Positions 34,093-47,669 of a stretch of DNA of 64,000 nt are shown piece after piece. Position 1 is the stretch's first letter. The number at the start of each line of letters is the position of its first letter. This DNA is from Hemiscyllium ocellatum (Eukaryota), in assembly GCF_020745735.1 (NCBI RefSeq), contig NC_083408.1, positions 14,756,484-14,820,483 of the forward strand, in the 5' to 3' direction. Made by a program: the position numbers and the translations under genes. The notes under the pieces were generated by a model. That model did no database searches. It was not told the DNA's origin and saw only the letters and a program-made list of their open reading frames with translations.

Positions 34093-36459
34093 GTAAGAAC
34101 TTTGAATTTCTTAGTGACTTTTGAAAAACTTTCTATTCATGTGACTAATATCGAATTAAATGAAACTCAGATTCTGTGCTGAGTTTGGTTTGGTTCGGAT
34201 TGATTTTTGTTCAGACTGATTCTAGACTTCAGTTAAGGATCAGCAAATAGTTAAAATGGTGATGATGGAGTCAGTTGCTTGGTTACTTGAAACACCTAAT
34301 GTCTCTTAATCAGTCAGTATAAATATTATCTAATGTCAGTGACAACCTGACTGTGAGTTTTATTATCAACACCAAATACTAAGAATTTAATGATGCTCGA
34401 AATATTACCGACCATGATTAAAATATGCTAAAATATCATTGTTCATTTCTTGAATATATTGCCCGTATACATAATGTTCTTACGAGGATAATATGTTCTC
34501 ATTTATTTTGTTAATTTTGTTGATGACAAGCAGGTTAGAAGCTGTCATAAAATTTTCTTGCGGTTCTATATTTCATTCTGTTGATTAGATTCTGAGTTTG
34601 TTTCATTTGATTCTTTTGAATTGAGTTGATTGGATTTTGGCTTTGCTTTAGTTGATTCAGTTTGAACTGTGTTGATTGGATTCTGACTTTGTTTTTACTT
34701 GGTTTTGTTGAATTGCGTATATTGCCTTTTGAAATTGTTTTATTTGATTCTGTTGAATTGAATTGGTTGGATTCCGATTTTGGTTCATTTAAATCTGTTG
34801 TTGGATTCTGATTTTTTTTTTGATTCTGTTAAATTGAGTTGATTATATTCTTATTTAGTTTGTAGAATTGATCTGCGTTTTCATGATTTCTGCAATTGCT
34901 GTTTTCTTTCAGGTAAGGAGATTGTCTCTCTGGATTACTTTTCATTACCAATATTTGTGGTATTCTTTGCTTTTCATGAATCATTTCTGCATTTGTTAAA
35001 CTCGTATTTTTCATATATTTTTCTGCTTGATTGAAAACATGACATCCTTTTGTAGCTGTCTGAAAACCAACTTGAGGTAGAAACACGGAAGTGTGAGAAA
35101 TGGAAAAAAAACGAGATTTAATGCATTGACTTTAAAAAAAATCTCCATTCTAATTGTAAACTAACTGAATTTTGTTTTGAGTAGCCTTATTCAAAATAAA
35201 ATTTGGCACTAAAATCTGATACAGCAAAATTGATCAGATTACTTAATTGACACCAACATGAAATTATAATGTGGTAATACCTGTCCATTCACGTAATTTT
35301 GTTTTGACCTTGAAGTGATTAATCATATAAGCCTTCCACCGCTCTATTGTACGCTGCACAAGATTGTCATGATCACGAAGGGTGTACATGTTGGAAATAA
35401 CTTGAACTGTTGCCGGAAATGTTCCAGCTTTAAGTGTTAAGTCCCCTCACAAACAAGGCTGCGGTTGTGACTTGTTATTTCTATTCAATTTAATCGTAAG
35501 TTTGCTTGATTCTGAGCAGTTTTGTTAGTCTTCAATTTGGGTTTTTTTTGTGAGGTTAAAACATGTTCTTGGTTCTGTTGAAAATGTTTGCAGAGCTAGT
35601 TCTGCTGCAAACACACCGGGTTGTGACTTGGCGATCTTTGCTCTGTTGAGAAGGGACTGTGCTTCGGTGACATTAAATGTGTTATATTTGGGAAACCGTT
35701 TCTGGTTTCTACATTGTTTTTGCAATGTTAACACGGTTAGTGACAGTGAACCTCTGCAGGTTCCTCCTTCAATGCAATCAGCATGCAAGTTGAAATTCCA
35801 TAAAGCCTAATATTAAGTGAAAGGCAAATCGCTAAGATTTTGGAAATGAAGGGAACACAGATAACCTCGGGCGCAATCTTTACTGAGAAGTAATAATTAA
35901 GGATTAATCTAATCCATGCTTTACAATCCACATTCAGAACTCAACTATCTCGTTCATTCACAAGGTCTCTCTATAAACAATTTACAAGTCATAGAGAAAT
36001 ATAAATAGAATTTCAAAAGTATAACGTTCTAATAATTCTTGCACTTGCGCAAAAATGCCACGACAGTGTTATAATTGATCAAGAAACACCTTTTTATTCT
36101 GCTGTACACGACATATAATTTCTCTGGCTGGAAAAGATCATTAGAATGACAATTTGGAAATTCTACTCGATTGATAAAGAACAGATCAGTTTCATTGCTT
36201 TGATCGTTTTCACAAGTAACTTGAGTTAATTAATATGTCCCGATTAAACTGGATTCGCAGGATAGAAATAAAATATTAACTGAATTATTTAATCTGCACA
36301 CTGCTTTAGAGGGCCCAACCTGTCCGTTTTAAATAAATAGTTACATTTTACAACAAAATATCAACTGAAGAGTCATTCTTTCGGAAGCAACTTCTATAGT
36401 GAATTATGTGACCAAGACCAAATTTCGAATTAATTAAAATAATCCACTCATGAAATCAC

Positions 36460-36790
36460 AGGGCATCGTGGTGGCTCAGTGGTTGGCACTGCTGCTTCAC
36501 AGCGCCAGGGTCCTGGGTTCTATTCCATTGGAGTTTGCACGTTCTTCCTGTGTCTGCGTGGGTTTCATCTGGGTGCTCCGGTTTCATCCCACATTCCAAA
36601 GATGTGCAGGTCAGGTGATTTTGCAACTTAGCACAGCCATTGTGTGTTCAAAGATGTCTAGGTTAGAGTGCATTAGTCAGGGGTCAATGTAAGTTAGGTG
36701 GAATGGGTCTGGCTGGGCTACTTACTGTTCAGAGGTTCAGTGTGGAATTGTTTGGCCAAATGACATGTTTCCAGACTGGAGGAACTCTAC
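36460..36790 (+). mobile_element. Diverged HE1-like SINE in J-C intron
   Basis: GGTGGCTCAGTGGTTGGCACTGCTGCTTCACAGCGCCAGG head and TGGAGTTTGCACGTTCT core. Confidence 0.8.
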
Positions 36791-37029
36791 CCTTAAAACG
36801 ATGGGAGTACTTGTTGCAAAAGCAGAGAATTCAATTTACATCGATGTGTTCAGACGGATGCAGAGTTCACAATTTTGCAGAAGACATGAACTAGAGGATA
36901 ACAGAGCACATTGTTTATTCATACATTGAAAATAGAGTAATATTTATTTTAATTAATATATTTGACCGATTTATTGCAATATAGCGATTGGAAAGAATCT
37001 GCTCACATTAGTTAAGTTTGACAATAATT

Positions 37030-37320
37030 TAGATTAGATTTCCTGCAGTATGTATCGGGCCACTTGGCCCAACAAGTCCACATCGACCGTCTGAAGAATA
37101 ACCCACCCGGACCCATTGCTCTACCCTATATTTACCCCTGACAAATGTGCCTAACTCTATGGACAATATAGCATGACCAGTTCACCTGACATGCACATCT
37201 TTGGATTGTGGGAGGAAATCCACACAGACACAGGGGAGAATGTGTGAACTCCACACAGACAGTAACCCGAGGCTGGAACCGAGCCTGGGTACCTGGATCT
37301 GTGAGGCAACAGTGCCCACA
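37030..37320 (-). mobile_element. Diverged HE1-like SINE in J-C intron
   Basis: TTAGATTAGAT tail, GCACATCTTTGGATTGTGGGAGGAAA core. Confidence 0.82.
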
Positions 37321-39985
37321 TTTTCTTAGATATCGGTTAAAGTGGGGAACTCCAGACAGAATCATGTTTTCAATTCATATCTTTTTAAACATTTTTGTAC
37401 ATTAAAAGCAGTTAACAAGAAAATAAACTTGTCCTAGTTTCTTCAACAGAAATGCTTTTCACACTTGAATGCAGTATTGACTTTATGCAGTGCATGCAAA
37501 ATCTCCACAGTTCAAGAAATGTTTTAAGAATATGAAAAAATAATTTAGAGAATAATCCATTGCCTCCGGATCTGTGCATTAGTACTCCCTCAATCATTTT
37601 GTTCAATGCAATGACTTATTAAGTTTATTAACTCAGTGGTTATTTATGTTCATTGTGAACACATTCTTTTTCACATTAATACTCTGGTTAGTTCCTCTGA
37701 TGACCATTTGTAAATTGTATAGGTAGGATACCTGAATCTCAGACAGTTTAATTTCATCTCGAGCTTCAAAACCTCTTTTATCTGGCAAAAATGCAATAAT
37801 CGATGAGGTACCTCAGAATTGAGAGCCCTGACTATGTTGTTCCAATCAGAACGAACATTTCATGAATAAAAGGCAGGTAGCAAGAGTTTTGAAGTTAGAT
37901 TTTGGCAACAAGAGATGTTTGATTGAGTGAGGCAGAGGTAAATATGCTGCATATTTTCTATGTGCCTCAGTTGTGCAGGACATGTTTAGCAGCACAATAT
38001 AGAATCAGAATTTTTTGCAACTTATTATTTGAAAACCTATCATCAGCTTTTAACGTCACTGCCAACAGTCATATTACAATTCAAAACATTTTAGCCTTTT
38101 TCAAACTAAGTAGACCATCTGGTGCAGCAACATTACGGGGAAAGAGGAAGGGGGTTCGAGGGGGAAATCCAGTGACAGTGATTTGATGGCAATGCAATTA
38201 TTAGTTTTATTTTACTGTAATTCGCATAGAGTTTGAACAATTCGTAGCTGCTGTCAAAGTATTCTTGGATAAATGTTGAAATTTTACTTTCATTGTTCAA
38301 ACGTTCTGGAACAATCCTTGGTTGTTGAATGTGTTAATAACTGGCATGGTTTATGTACTGTCAAATAGGTGGACTGTGTTCTCTGTGATAGTGTCGAGCT
38401 CATTGTGTTCAAGTCTGTTGCGATGTTGTAGTAGGGTCCCTGATTCTGTGCCAGGTGGCCTGTGTTCACTTACAACCTGTTAGAGAGGTATCTGACACCA
38501 TCTCTTATCAGGTTACTTCAGTGCAAGAAAGCAGATTGAGATGTGAGAATTCCACTCACAGAGGCCAGTGAAATCTACTCAGTCACTGTCCTGACTTGTG
38601 TCACTTAGATATTAAACAGAATTTTGGTGGCTAGCAGCTTTTTCCAGATCAATATTTGTTCACAAGCTTTTGGGCATCGCTAGATGGGATTAATGGAGTA
38701 AGTGCTCCAAAACATCCCAGCTTTTGACTTGCTGTTCTAACAATATCATTTATAACTAATCCAGAATGAATCATTTTCGACGCATATTTGATGAGATTAT
38801 GCTTAGGCTGTTTTACTTTATATTAAACCAGTGCTGTAGCTGAATTTTATTGCTCAGTACGGTGTGGTTTCTGCTGAATGCAACACTTGCAGCAGATGGT
38901 GATAGCTTTCCAGTTGGTCTTCAATTGCTATCTCTGACCATCCGGTACCTCTATTAAGAATCATTTTTGCCAACAGGAGACAAGCAAACATAATTCTTGT
39001 TTATTTCAACAGATGTGAGCTCTTGTGCCATAAGCAGGAAAACAATTTACTGAAGAGGGGATATCTAGATGTGAAAGGTTAACATTGCTTTCTCTCCCCA
39101 GGAGCTGCCAGACCTGCTGTGTTTCTTCCGAAATTTCTGTCTTTATTTTGGTTTTCTAGCATTTAAAGATTGTTGTTTCATTGAAAGAAGTTCTGTTCGA
39201 TAAAACACGTTCTTCAGAGAAAAGATGCATTTGAACAAATTGCGAGTGTTCATAGATATTAAATATCAGAGAATCATTGAATTTGAGAGCCCTGATCTCA
39301 AACTGCAGTTTCCCAAGAGCTATTATGAAGTAACAACACACTCCAGAGTGCATTGGCTGCTGTAATTGGGTGGAAGTTATTTTGATCACTCAACTAGAGA
39401 ATGTCAATGATCCCGTTCCAAATAATCAACAGAAGTTTTTCTTCTAAAGCATGCGTGAAACAGTTAATTTGTTGAAATATTTTAATAAAACGTGTTCACT
39501 ACCAGTGCTAGCTTAATGAATGACACAACGATAGGAAGGTAGGAGCAAGAGGAGGTCATTCAGTCCCTCGAGCTGTTCCACCACATATTTAGGTCATTAT
39601 TCATCTGTGAGCTAAATCCACAGGCCGACCTTTAGCTAAAACACTTTAACACCTGTCATGAACAAGCAAAAGCTATCCCAGATTTAATGATTCGACTGCC
39701 CAAATCAAAGGGAGACACAATTTATGAAAGACATTTCTCTGAGTATTTCAAGTGACACAATGAGGCAGGAATTAATTGCTCGTGAAAGTAAGCTTTAAAT
39801 CTCTGAGAATTTCAAATTGAAACATCCCAACCATTATATTCCATTAATTTAACACTATACTTCCCTGGAATAAAGAAATATAATGTGTGATTGCCTTGCT
39901 AAACATGAGGGAAGCTTCATTCCCGTTATGTGATTAAGAAAGAGCTCTGTTCGTTCAGTGAAAACAATTGGTCATTCTATTGTAG

Positions 39986-40290
39986 AGACACCGTTTCCCG
40001 CCACGCTTAATGGCCTGGTCTCCTCTTGTAAGGAGCACAACACCGGTTCTGTGATCTTTGGTTGTTTGGCGATGGACTAATCCCCTGACGTCACCAAGGT
40101 AACCTGGAAGAAAGGTGGGGAGCTAACCACGACTGAATTGAAGAATTACCCATCAATGAGAAACAAGAAGGAACCTACACCCTGAGCAGTCAGTTAACTC
40201 TGCCCGAGTCAGTGGTAGATTGCCGCAGCAAAATCTACTGTGAGGTTCAACACAACGGGTCACATAAGACCAAAGAAATGCCATGTCCAG
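39986..40290 (+). pseudogene. IGHM: Cmu1 exon (stop plus frameshift)
   Basis: ETPFPATLNGLVSSC...FGCLAMD*SPDVTKVTWKK...(shift)TYTLSSQL...IYCEVQH...EMPCP; TAA 40078-40080; 305 nt between AG and GTAAGT, not a multiple of 3. Confidence 0.95.
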
Positions 40291-40479
40291 GTAAGTGCTG
40301 TGGGAACTGAGATAAACAGAACATTGATCCATTGCCTTGTGTGACTTGCCTTTGCAAGGATGCATCTAATTACGACAGACTTATTATGAGGGGCTCAGTC
40401 TTTTCATGACTTATAGGCACTGAGCTCCAGACTCACACCACCCTCTGTTTGATTTTGCTTTCCCCTGAGAACCACTCTA

Positions 40480-42740
40480 AATCTCCTGGCCTTACCTTCA
40501 CCCTGTGCCTCTGAGGCATTGATCTCTCCATCAAGGGGAAAGGTCTTATCCAGTTTACCCTGTCTGGAATTAATTTGGGCATAGATATCACAATCATCTT
40601 CGCCCTAATTCTCCTCTACTCCAAGTAAAACCCCTGTCTATCTAATCTAGTTTCATAACCAAAGCCCTCCAACCCAGGCAAAATTCTGCAAATTTCATCA
40701 ATACTGCCATCAGTGTAATCATATTCCTTCGATAACATGCACACAACGCTTCAGTATGGCCTAACCAGAGTTTTATTAAGTTCCAGTATCATCTCCCTAC
40801 TCATCATTGTCAATGTCTAGGCTAATAAAAGCAAATATCCTCCCCACCTTCTTAGCCTCTTCATCCAGACGACACAGTACTATAGGGGATCGTTGGGTAC
40901 GTACACTAAAGATCCTCAGTCCTTTCCAGGGTTCTACCATTCAAAACCTAATACCTTGTAGTTTCTTCTGCTGATTTACATCACCTTACATTTATCCAGA
41001 ATAATTTCCATTTGCAACTTCTCTTCGCATATAACCAACCCTTGTATATCCTCCTTCAAGCTAAAGCCATTATGCTCATGACTTACCAATACGACAATTT
41101 TTCTTTGATCTGTGAATTTACTGGCTAACCGTCCTAAATGTGAATCACAATCATTGGTATATAAGAAAAACAGCAAAAAAATCAACACCAATCCCTGCAG
41201 AACACCATGAGACATAGATTTCCAGTCACGCAGATAACCATTATCCTCTGCTCCCACGACTCAGTCAGTTCTGAATCCAGTCTGTCAAATTAACTCAGAT
41301 CCCATTGGCTCTGATTATTGCTATCATCTGGACATCGAGTTATCTCTCTGAAAACTACCATCAAATTGTTAGACATGACTTCCTCTCAATACAACCGTGC
41401 TGAAAATTGTTGATTGATCTTCCAAATGAAGACTAATTCCATTTCTCAATCGTTTCCCTAGCACTGAGATTAGCTTGTGGTTTTATTGTTTATGCCTTAC
41501 TTTGTACTGCATAACAGTGCAACATTGGCTGATCTATAGTCACTTGGTACAACTGCTGTCGCCAGACAGGAATTCTAAAGTATTGTCAGTGACTCAACAA
41601 TTTCATCCTTTGCATTGCTCAACAGTTTGACAGACATTTCATCTGCCCTGGAAATATAACCACTTTTCATCCAGCAAGACAACACAGAACATCACGTCAC
41701 GTGTCCTAATTTCTGAAAGTACTCCTCCATGATTTCTGACCCTACATTGTCCCTCTTACTGGTGAATACTGACACAACACATTCGTTTCGACAGCAATCT
41801 AATCCTCCGGTTCCACTCCAATAATAACACTTGATGGGCATTACTGTTTCCCCAATTAGTATTTTATGAATGAGCCTGTAACTTTTAAAAATAGTTTCCT
41901 TTATTTTGACTCCTATTACTTTCTCATGGTCCCATTTGCTCTTCTAATTCATCTTTCTTTCAAACTCACCCTTGAACCTTCTGTACTCCATACTATATAC
42001 TATTGTTTTCAGATTTCAGTACAGACCTGAAGCCGCCTTAGTTTGTTTTTATCTCCCCCTCCATGCCCTTTGGTGTCCAGAGGCCGCTGCATTCTTGATC
42101 CCACGCAGTGGCTTTCTGGGAAATATCCTTCTTGTGCTTTTCTTATTTCTTCCTTAAATGTGTCACACTGCGCTGATTTAGATTTACCACGAAGTGCCAG
42201 CTTCCAGTCCACTCTGGGCAAATCATTACCTGATCTTATTAACATTGTCCTCCCCTGCCTCCCCCCTCCCGATTCAGAACTTTGGACCAATTTTTATCCC
42301 TTTCCAGAACAATCTGGAATCCAGGAGATTTATGATCACTGTCTGCAAAGTGTTCCACCAGTGATGTTTTACCCATTGGGTTGACTTCATTCCTTAAAGT
42401 TAAGTTCAGGTTCATTCCACCCTTGAAAGGTCTGTATTAAAATTCTCTGTATTAAACACATACTTTATTAAAATATTCTCCTGGGGGCATTTTCAGAATT
42501 CTGCTCCCTCTAAACTTTTGTCAAAAATGAATATCAGAGCCTACGCTGAGCAAGTTAAAAACCTCTTTTCTCATTCCCTATTTAATTTACTTTTCTCTGA
42601 AATTTGCCCATGTATCTGCACTTGGTCTTTTGGACCTATCGTGCTCTCCCAGTAGTTATGTTGGCTGTATTTTTGTTTTGAAGTTCTGCCCACTTGCCGT
42701 CGCTCGAGGAGGCATCCATGATTTCATTTCACTTTACAGC
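40480..42740 (-). mobile_element. Old CR1 LINE remnants in C1-C2 intron
   Basis: GVLQGLVL...YTND...ASKFTD...DKCKVM RT remnant (ORF 40976-41257). Confidence 0.75.
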
Positions 42741-42761
42741 CTAAAATACTGTTGTCAGAAT

Positions 42762-43034
42762 TGATTAGATTAGATTAGAATACTTACAGTGTGGAAACAG
42801 GCCCTTCAGCCCAACAAGCCCACACTGACCCGCCGAAGCGCAACCCACCCATACCCCTAACCTAACACTAGGGGCAATTTAACATGGTCAATTTACCTGG
42901 CACATCTTTTGGACTGTGGGAGGAAACGGAGCACCTGGATAAAACCCACGCAGACACGCGGAGAATTTGAAAACTCCACACAGTCAGTTGCCTGAGGTGG
43001 GAATTGAACCCATGTCTCTGGCGCTGTGAGGCAG
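42762..43034 (-). mobile_element. HE1-like SINE, 5'-truncated
   Basis: (TTAGA)n tail then CTTACAGTGTGGAAACAGGCCCTTC; core GCACATCTTTTGGACTGTGGGAGGAAA. Confidence 0.9.
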
Positions 43035-43503
43035 AAACAACATTCTATAAGGCATCCCCCCCCCTTCCGCCCCCATCCTTTTCCATCTTTCCCTGTCTCG
43101 CCTGACGGCAGTAAATCCTGGAATATTGAATAGCCACCCCTGTCCCGCTCTTAATATGTCTTCGTGATAGCAACCACATCACTTCCTCATTTATGCCGGT
43201 AATTCATTTGCCTTGTTCATCAGACTCTGTCATTAAAACGAATACCATCCAACGTTGCATCTCCCTTCTGATTTAACCAGCCTTTAGTTTCTATGCCTCC
43301 TTGACTCCCTTGCTGTGTCCTATAATTTTCGCCTTTCACATTGTCCTGCTGATCTTTCTGTGTGGATCCCAGCTTCTCCAGCACTCTGCACAATTATGAT
43401 TCTTGTATCCATTAACAACAAGAAACCTTGATACAGGAGAACTGATTGTATTTGTTATGAAATTCGTAAGCTAATTTATGCGATATGTTTCCTAAAGGTC
43501 CAG

Positions 43504-43807
43504 ATGTTCCGCAACAAATTCTTCTCCTAATTGTGAGATCCAGTGAATAAATCACAGGCAGCAGGTTTGCAACCGCCGTCTGTTCAATCATCGATTTCCA
43601 TCCGAAGTCAGTCTCTGTGATTTGGTGAAAAATGGCCGACCGTTGGATTCTGGCTTCTTCACGTCTCCCGTGTGTGAGGCAAACGGGAGCTTCTCGGTGA
43701 CGCGTCGGCTGATGGTCCCATATGGTGAATTGTTCAACAGCGCAGTCTATACCTGTCAGGTCACTCATGAGGGAACATTCAAAGTAAAAACATCACCGCA
43801 CTTCAGG
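43504..43807 (+). pseudogene. IGHM: Cmu2 exon (stop plus two frameshifts)
   Basis: DVPQQILL...[28 protein letters not shown](shift)KNGRPLDSGFFTSPVCEANGSFS...VYTCQVTHEG(shift)QSKNIT; TAA 43548-43550; 304 nt. Confidence 0.95.
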
Positions 43808-44049
43808 GTAAGAGACACATCCTGAGGGAGCTACAAATCATTCTGAACTCGGATGTGAATCAAACACACTAATTTATCAGGCGTAGTAAACAGCACGGTA
43901 CAGCTTCTCATTTCCTAACATGCCACGTATGTCATTTCAGTTTGAGTGTTACATGAGCATTGCTCATAATTTAACATTTTGGTAAGTCAGAAAAGCATGC
44001 TTTCTCTCTGTTGACGATAGATAGATAGACAGTGAGCTTTGTTAAATAG

Positions 44050-44330
44050 TTTATTGCCTCGCTATGCTGGGAGAGGCATTCAGAGTGCTGAATCCTTGCC
44101 TGGTAGCCGCTTCAAGGATAAGTTTGGGGGTGGAGGGGGGATACTGGAGAAATATCTGATTGAAACATAGAAAATACTGAGTGACTGAGGTCGAGTGAAC
44201 GTGGAATAGATGTTTTGACTGGTAGGCGATACTAGAACCTAAGGGCATAGTCTCAGGCTCAAAGGGGCACCGTTTAGAACTGAGATGGAGAGGAATTTCT
44301 TCAGCCAGAGGGATGTAGAGGCCAGGCTAA
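44050..44330 (+). mobile_element. CR1 3' fragment
   Basis: GGGCATAGTCTCAGG...TGAGATGGAGAGGAATTTCTTCAGCCAGAGGG. Confidence 0.65.
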
Positions 44331-45744
44331 TTGTGTGTATTCAAGCCAGAGACAGATCGGCTCTTGTTTATTCTGGTGAGAAGACAGTAGAGCGGCTTTG
44401 TCCCCAAACGTCGAATTTCCTGCTCATCGGATACTGTCTGACCTGCTGTGCTTTTCCAGCATCATTATGATCTCATCTATGGATTGGCCGAACAGCCTTA
44501 TGCTGATACTTTGTCTTTTGATGTCGTGGTCTCCAAGTGACGTGGTTAAAATATGCAGTGACCCTTATTTGAAAATAAGTCAAAATGCGTTCAATACTTC
44601 ATTCCCTGCTCAGGAATGAAATGTTAGTCTTGGGCATTGTACGACATGAATTTCTATCTGGTACTGAGCTCTTTAACTTCATTTTTGGGATCAGACCACA
44701 GACCAAGTGTGTACCACATTTGATTAACTAGGCTAAACGTGATCTCACTGAGCAACTTTAAGATACTGTCAGTAATCACTGGATGAGGCAGGAGAATAAA
44801 TTCTGGTAAGAGTGCTACAATAGGGATGAATGAACTAGGAACTCGAGACAGGCTGCTTTAGCCCGGTTTGGGGTGGTGATGTTTACACAGTGATTAGTGG
44901 ATGTCTATAAAACTAGTCCACATTTCCATCGCATTTGTAGGTTAATTTAAGACGCTTTTGCTTGTTTTTTTAGCTCCTTTGTTCTATGAAGAAAGTAAAA
45001 AATGCAGCTTGGTAAATAAAATGAAAGTACAGACAAGTTATGAACTAACTGAATGGAGAGAAAGACTTAAGGGGATGGGTGTCCTTCTCGATATCCAATG
45101 CTGTACTCAGTGTCTTCTTTTCAGAACTACTCCAAACTCAGCCCACGAGGAACAATGACAGAAATAGAGAATGACATCACACCAATAAAGCAAAGCATTT
45201 TCGATCACTTTAAATATAATGAACAGAATTTCGGTGGTTGTTCACCGAATCTGTAAAACTTTAGAACTCTGCAAAGAAAATAGGTATTATTCATTATAAT
45301 TTGTCCAAAATTTGTGATGTGATTTGGCAGTCAGCGTGACTAGCAGCGTTTGCACTCAAGGGTTGTGAACATGGAAATGAACTCATTATATTCAGATTAC
45401 TCTTGTCACAAGTATAAATAGATGGTGTTAAGTGAGAGACAAACTCTTAAAGAAAGGTAATTCCGTGGGTTACATGATGGTATCTTCGATTACTTTAGTT
45501 TTATCACAGGTTTCAATTGTTACAAAGCCAGTGTTCTTTAGGAATAATTATACAGGTTATGTCATAGGTAATCACAAATGCTTTCACAAATCAAAATGCA
45601 TCAACAATAGTAAGCATTGTTTCAGCAATGGTTGGAGTTGCCATTTGGAAGGTGGTGTCTTCACCCTGTGAAGAAGTAATCTAAAGATTGGCTGTTTGTA
45701 TCTTAAAGAGGCATTTTTCATTGACTTTGATTTTTATTTTACAG

Positions 45745-46052
45745 AAGATACCGAGTGCCACGCTAACACTGTTAAAATCCTCCCACCATCAATAGAGCAA
45801 GTCTGACTAGAGGCGACAGTGATGTTAACCTGCGTTGTGTCCAATTTTCCTTCTGGAGTCAACGTTACCTGGACGCAAGAAAAGAAGCCTCTGAAATCAG
45901 AGATTGCTGACCTTCCTGGACAGAATCCCGACAGCGTGATCAGCAAATTAGACATTTCTACTGAAGCCTGGCTGAGTGGCGTTACTTTTGAATGTGTGGT
46001 GTACCATCAGAATATACCGACTCCGCTGAGAGACTGCATCACAAGGAGAAAC
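45745..46052 (+). pseudogene. IGHM: Cmu3 exon (stop plus frameshift)
   Basis: EDTECH...[38 protein letters not shown]...[22 protein letters not shown]; TGA 45804-45806; 308 nt. Confidence 0.95.
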
Positions 46053-46509
46053 GTGAGCGGTGAAATGAAAACACAAAGCATCCCATGTGTCATCCAGATC
46101 CAGTTACATCAATGACAGGTTTTGATTGGTAATGAACAAACACCGTTGGCACCATCAATGATGTATCTGAAGGCAGGCTAGCTAAGTAGCTGATGAAGAA
46201 AAAACGATTGATCAAAGGATATTGTACTCTGATTACGTCAGATAAGGTGGGAAGAAGCCTGAGTTATGATGTCACCATCAGCAATGACAATTGGACAGAA
46301 TGCCCTTGATGTGGGCTGGAAACATGGAGGCAAATTTCATCTTCAACTTTACTTTTTGTACTGAACAGAATGTGTACCATTCTGCTCCTTTAGAAAACAG
46401 AAGTGAATAAACCCCAAACTAAAAATGGCGTATTTTAATATTTAGTGAAATTGTGATATTGGTTCAGGATTTTTTTGGTTGATTTATATTTGTCTCAAAT
46501 ATTCTGCAG

Positions 46510-46901
46510 GGATTAATGCGCTGAAGCCGTCAGTGTCGGTTCTCCTGCCACCAACAGAAGAAATCTCCGCTCAGAGGTTTCTTTCCTTCACCTGTTTAGT
46601 GAGAGGTTTCTCCCCCCGAGAGATCTTCGTCAAGTGGACAAACAATGACAAGCCGGTGAATCTCAGTAACTACAAGAACACCGAGGTGATGGTGGAGAGT
46701 GACAACATCTCCTTCTTCATGTACAGCCTGTTATCCATTACAGCGGAGGAGTGGGCCAGCGGTGCTTCTTACTTCTGTGTGGTGGGACATGAAGCGATTC
46801 CACTGAAGATCATCAACAGAACGGTCGATAAATCCAGCGATAAACCGAGTTTCATAAACATTTCACTTGCACTGATGGACACTGTTAATTCTTGTCAATA
46901 A
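46510..46901 (+). pseudogene. IGHM: Cmu4 exon with secretory tailpiece (open frame)
   Basis: [13 protein letters not shown]...[16 protein letters not shown]...[43 protein letters not shown]; N-I-S sequon and penultimate Cys retained. Confidence 0.96.
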
Positions 46902-46902
46902 A
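46897..46902 (+). terminator. Polyadenylation signal for secreted mu
   Basis: AATAAA overlapping the stop (CAA TAA AAA). Confidence 0.7.
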
Positions 46903-47669
46903 AATCTCAAAGTTGCATTCAATAATTCAACAGAAGTAATAACGATTTTTTTCCTCCAGTTGTGAGTTAATGCTGAATTAATTGTTTTCCACTCTGACTT
47001 ACATTCCATCTGTGAAGTAGATTATTAACAGGTCTAGGAGGAGTGTTTTGTGCAGTTAATGTTCTAGGCTCAGATACACACTGGGTCAGAGACAGGGTAA
47101 AGTTCACTCATTTCAGGATTCCGTCAAGTACCTTATCGATCCCACACCCCTCTGTGACAAAATATGACAATGTACATTTTATGTCAAGGGTAGAGCACGA
47201 GTTTTGAACTTGGCATTCTTGATTCCCCCCATTGGACATTCTTATAAAATTCATGTCAGTTTTAATCTGCCACATTGTACCAATTGGAAATATAAATTTA
47301 AGACGCTTTAAAATTAAATTTGATTGGAACATAACAATCGTAAAGAGTGCAGAGCAGTTTGAATGTACCCTTTGTTCCTGGGGAACTGCCAGGGATCTTG
47401 TGCCAGTGCATGATTTGACAGAATATATCTTCACTTTCACACCAAAGAGAATCCTTAGATAATTTGTTGTGGAGCAGAGGGGAGTTGAACGATGAATGGT
47501 CTGTCCTCTTGCTCCCTATGCAGAGTGTTCATGGTAGATGTCATCTGTAATGTAACCCAGTTGTTAACAGGAACAGTCAGCTTCTTTCTTACTGTCCGAA
47601 GATCTAAAATTTCCATGCAAAATAATACATTTGGAACATGTTGGTCAAGTTTGAGCCTGTTAATAAACA

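Noticed and set aside
38348-38407. Possible extra J or D in the J-C intron (GGTTTATGT ... CTCTGTG)
   Set aside because: Spacer is 24 nt, heptamer lacks the invariant CAC/GTG context on both sides, and no WGxG or FGxG motif or donor follows
2807-43034. SINE heads as tRNA genes
   Set aside because: A/B-box-like heads continue into a SINE core and LINE-like tail; no complete cloverleaf recognised
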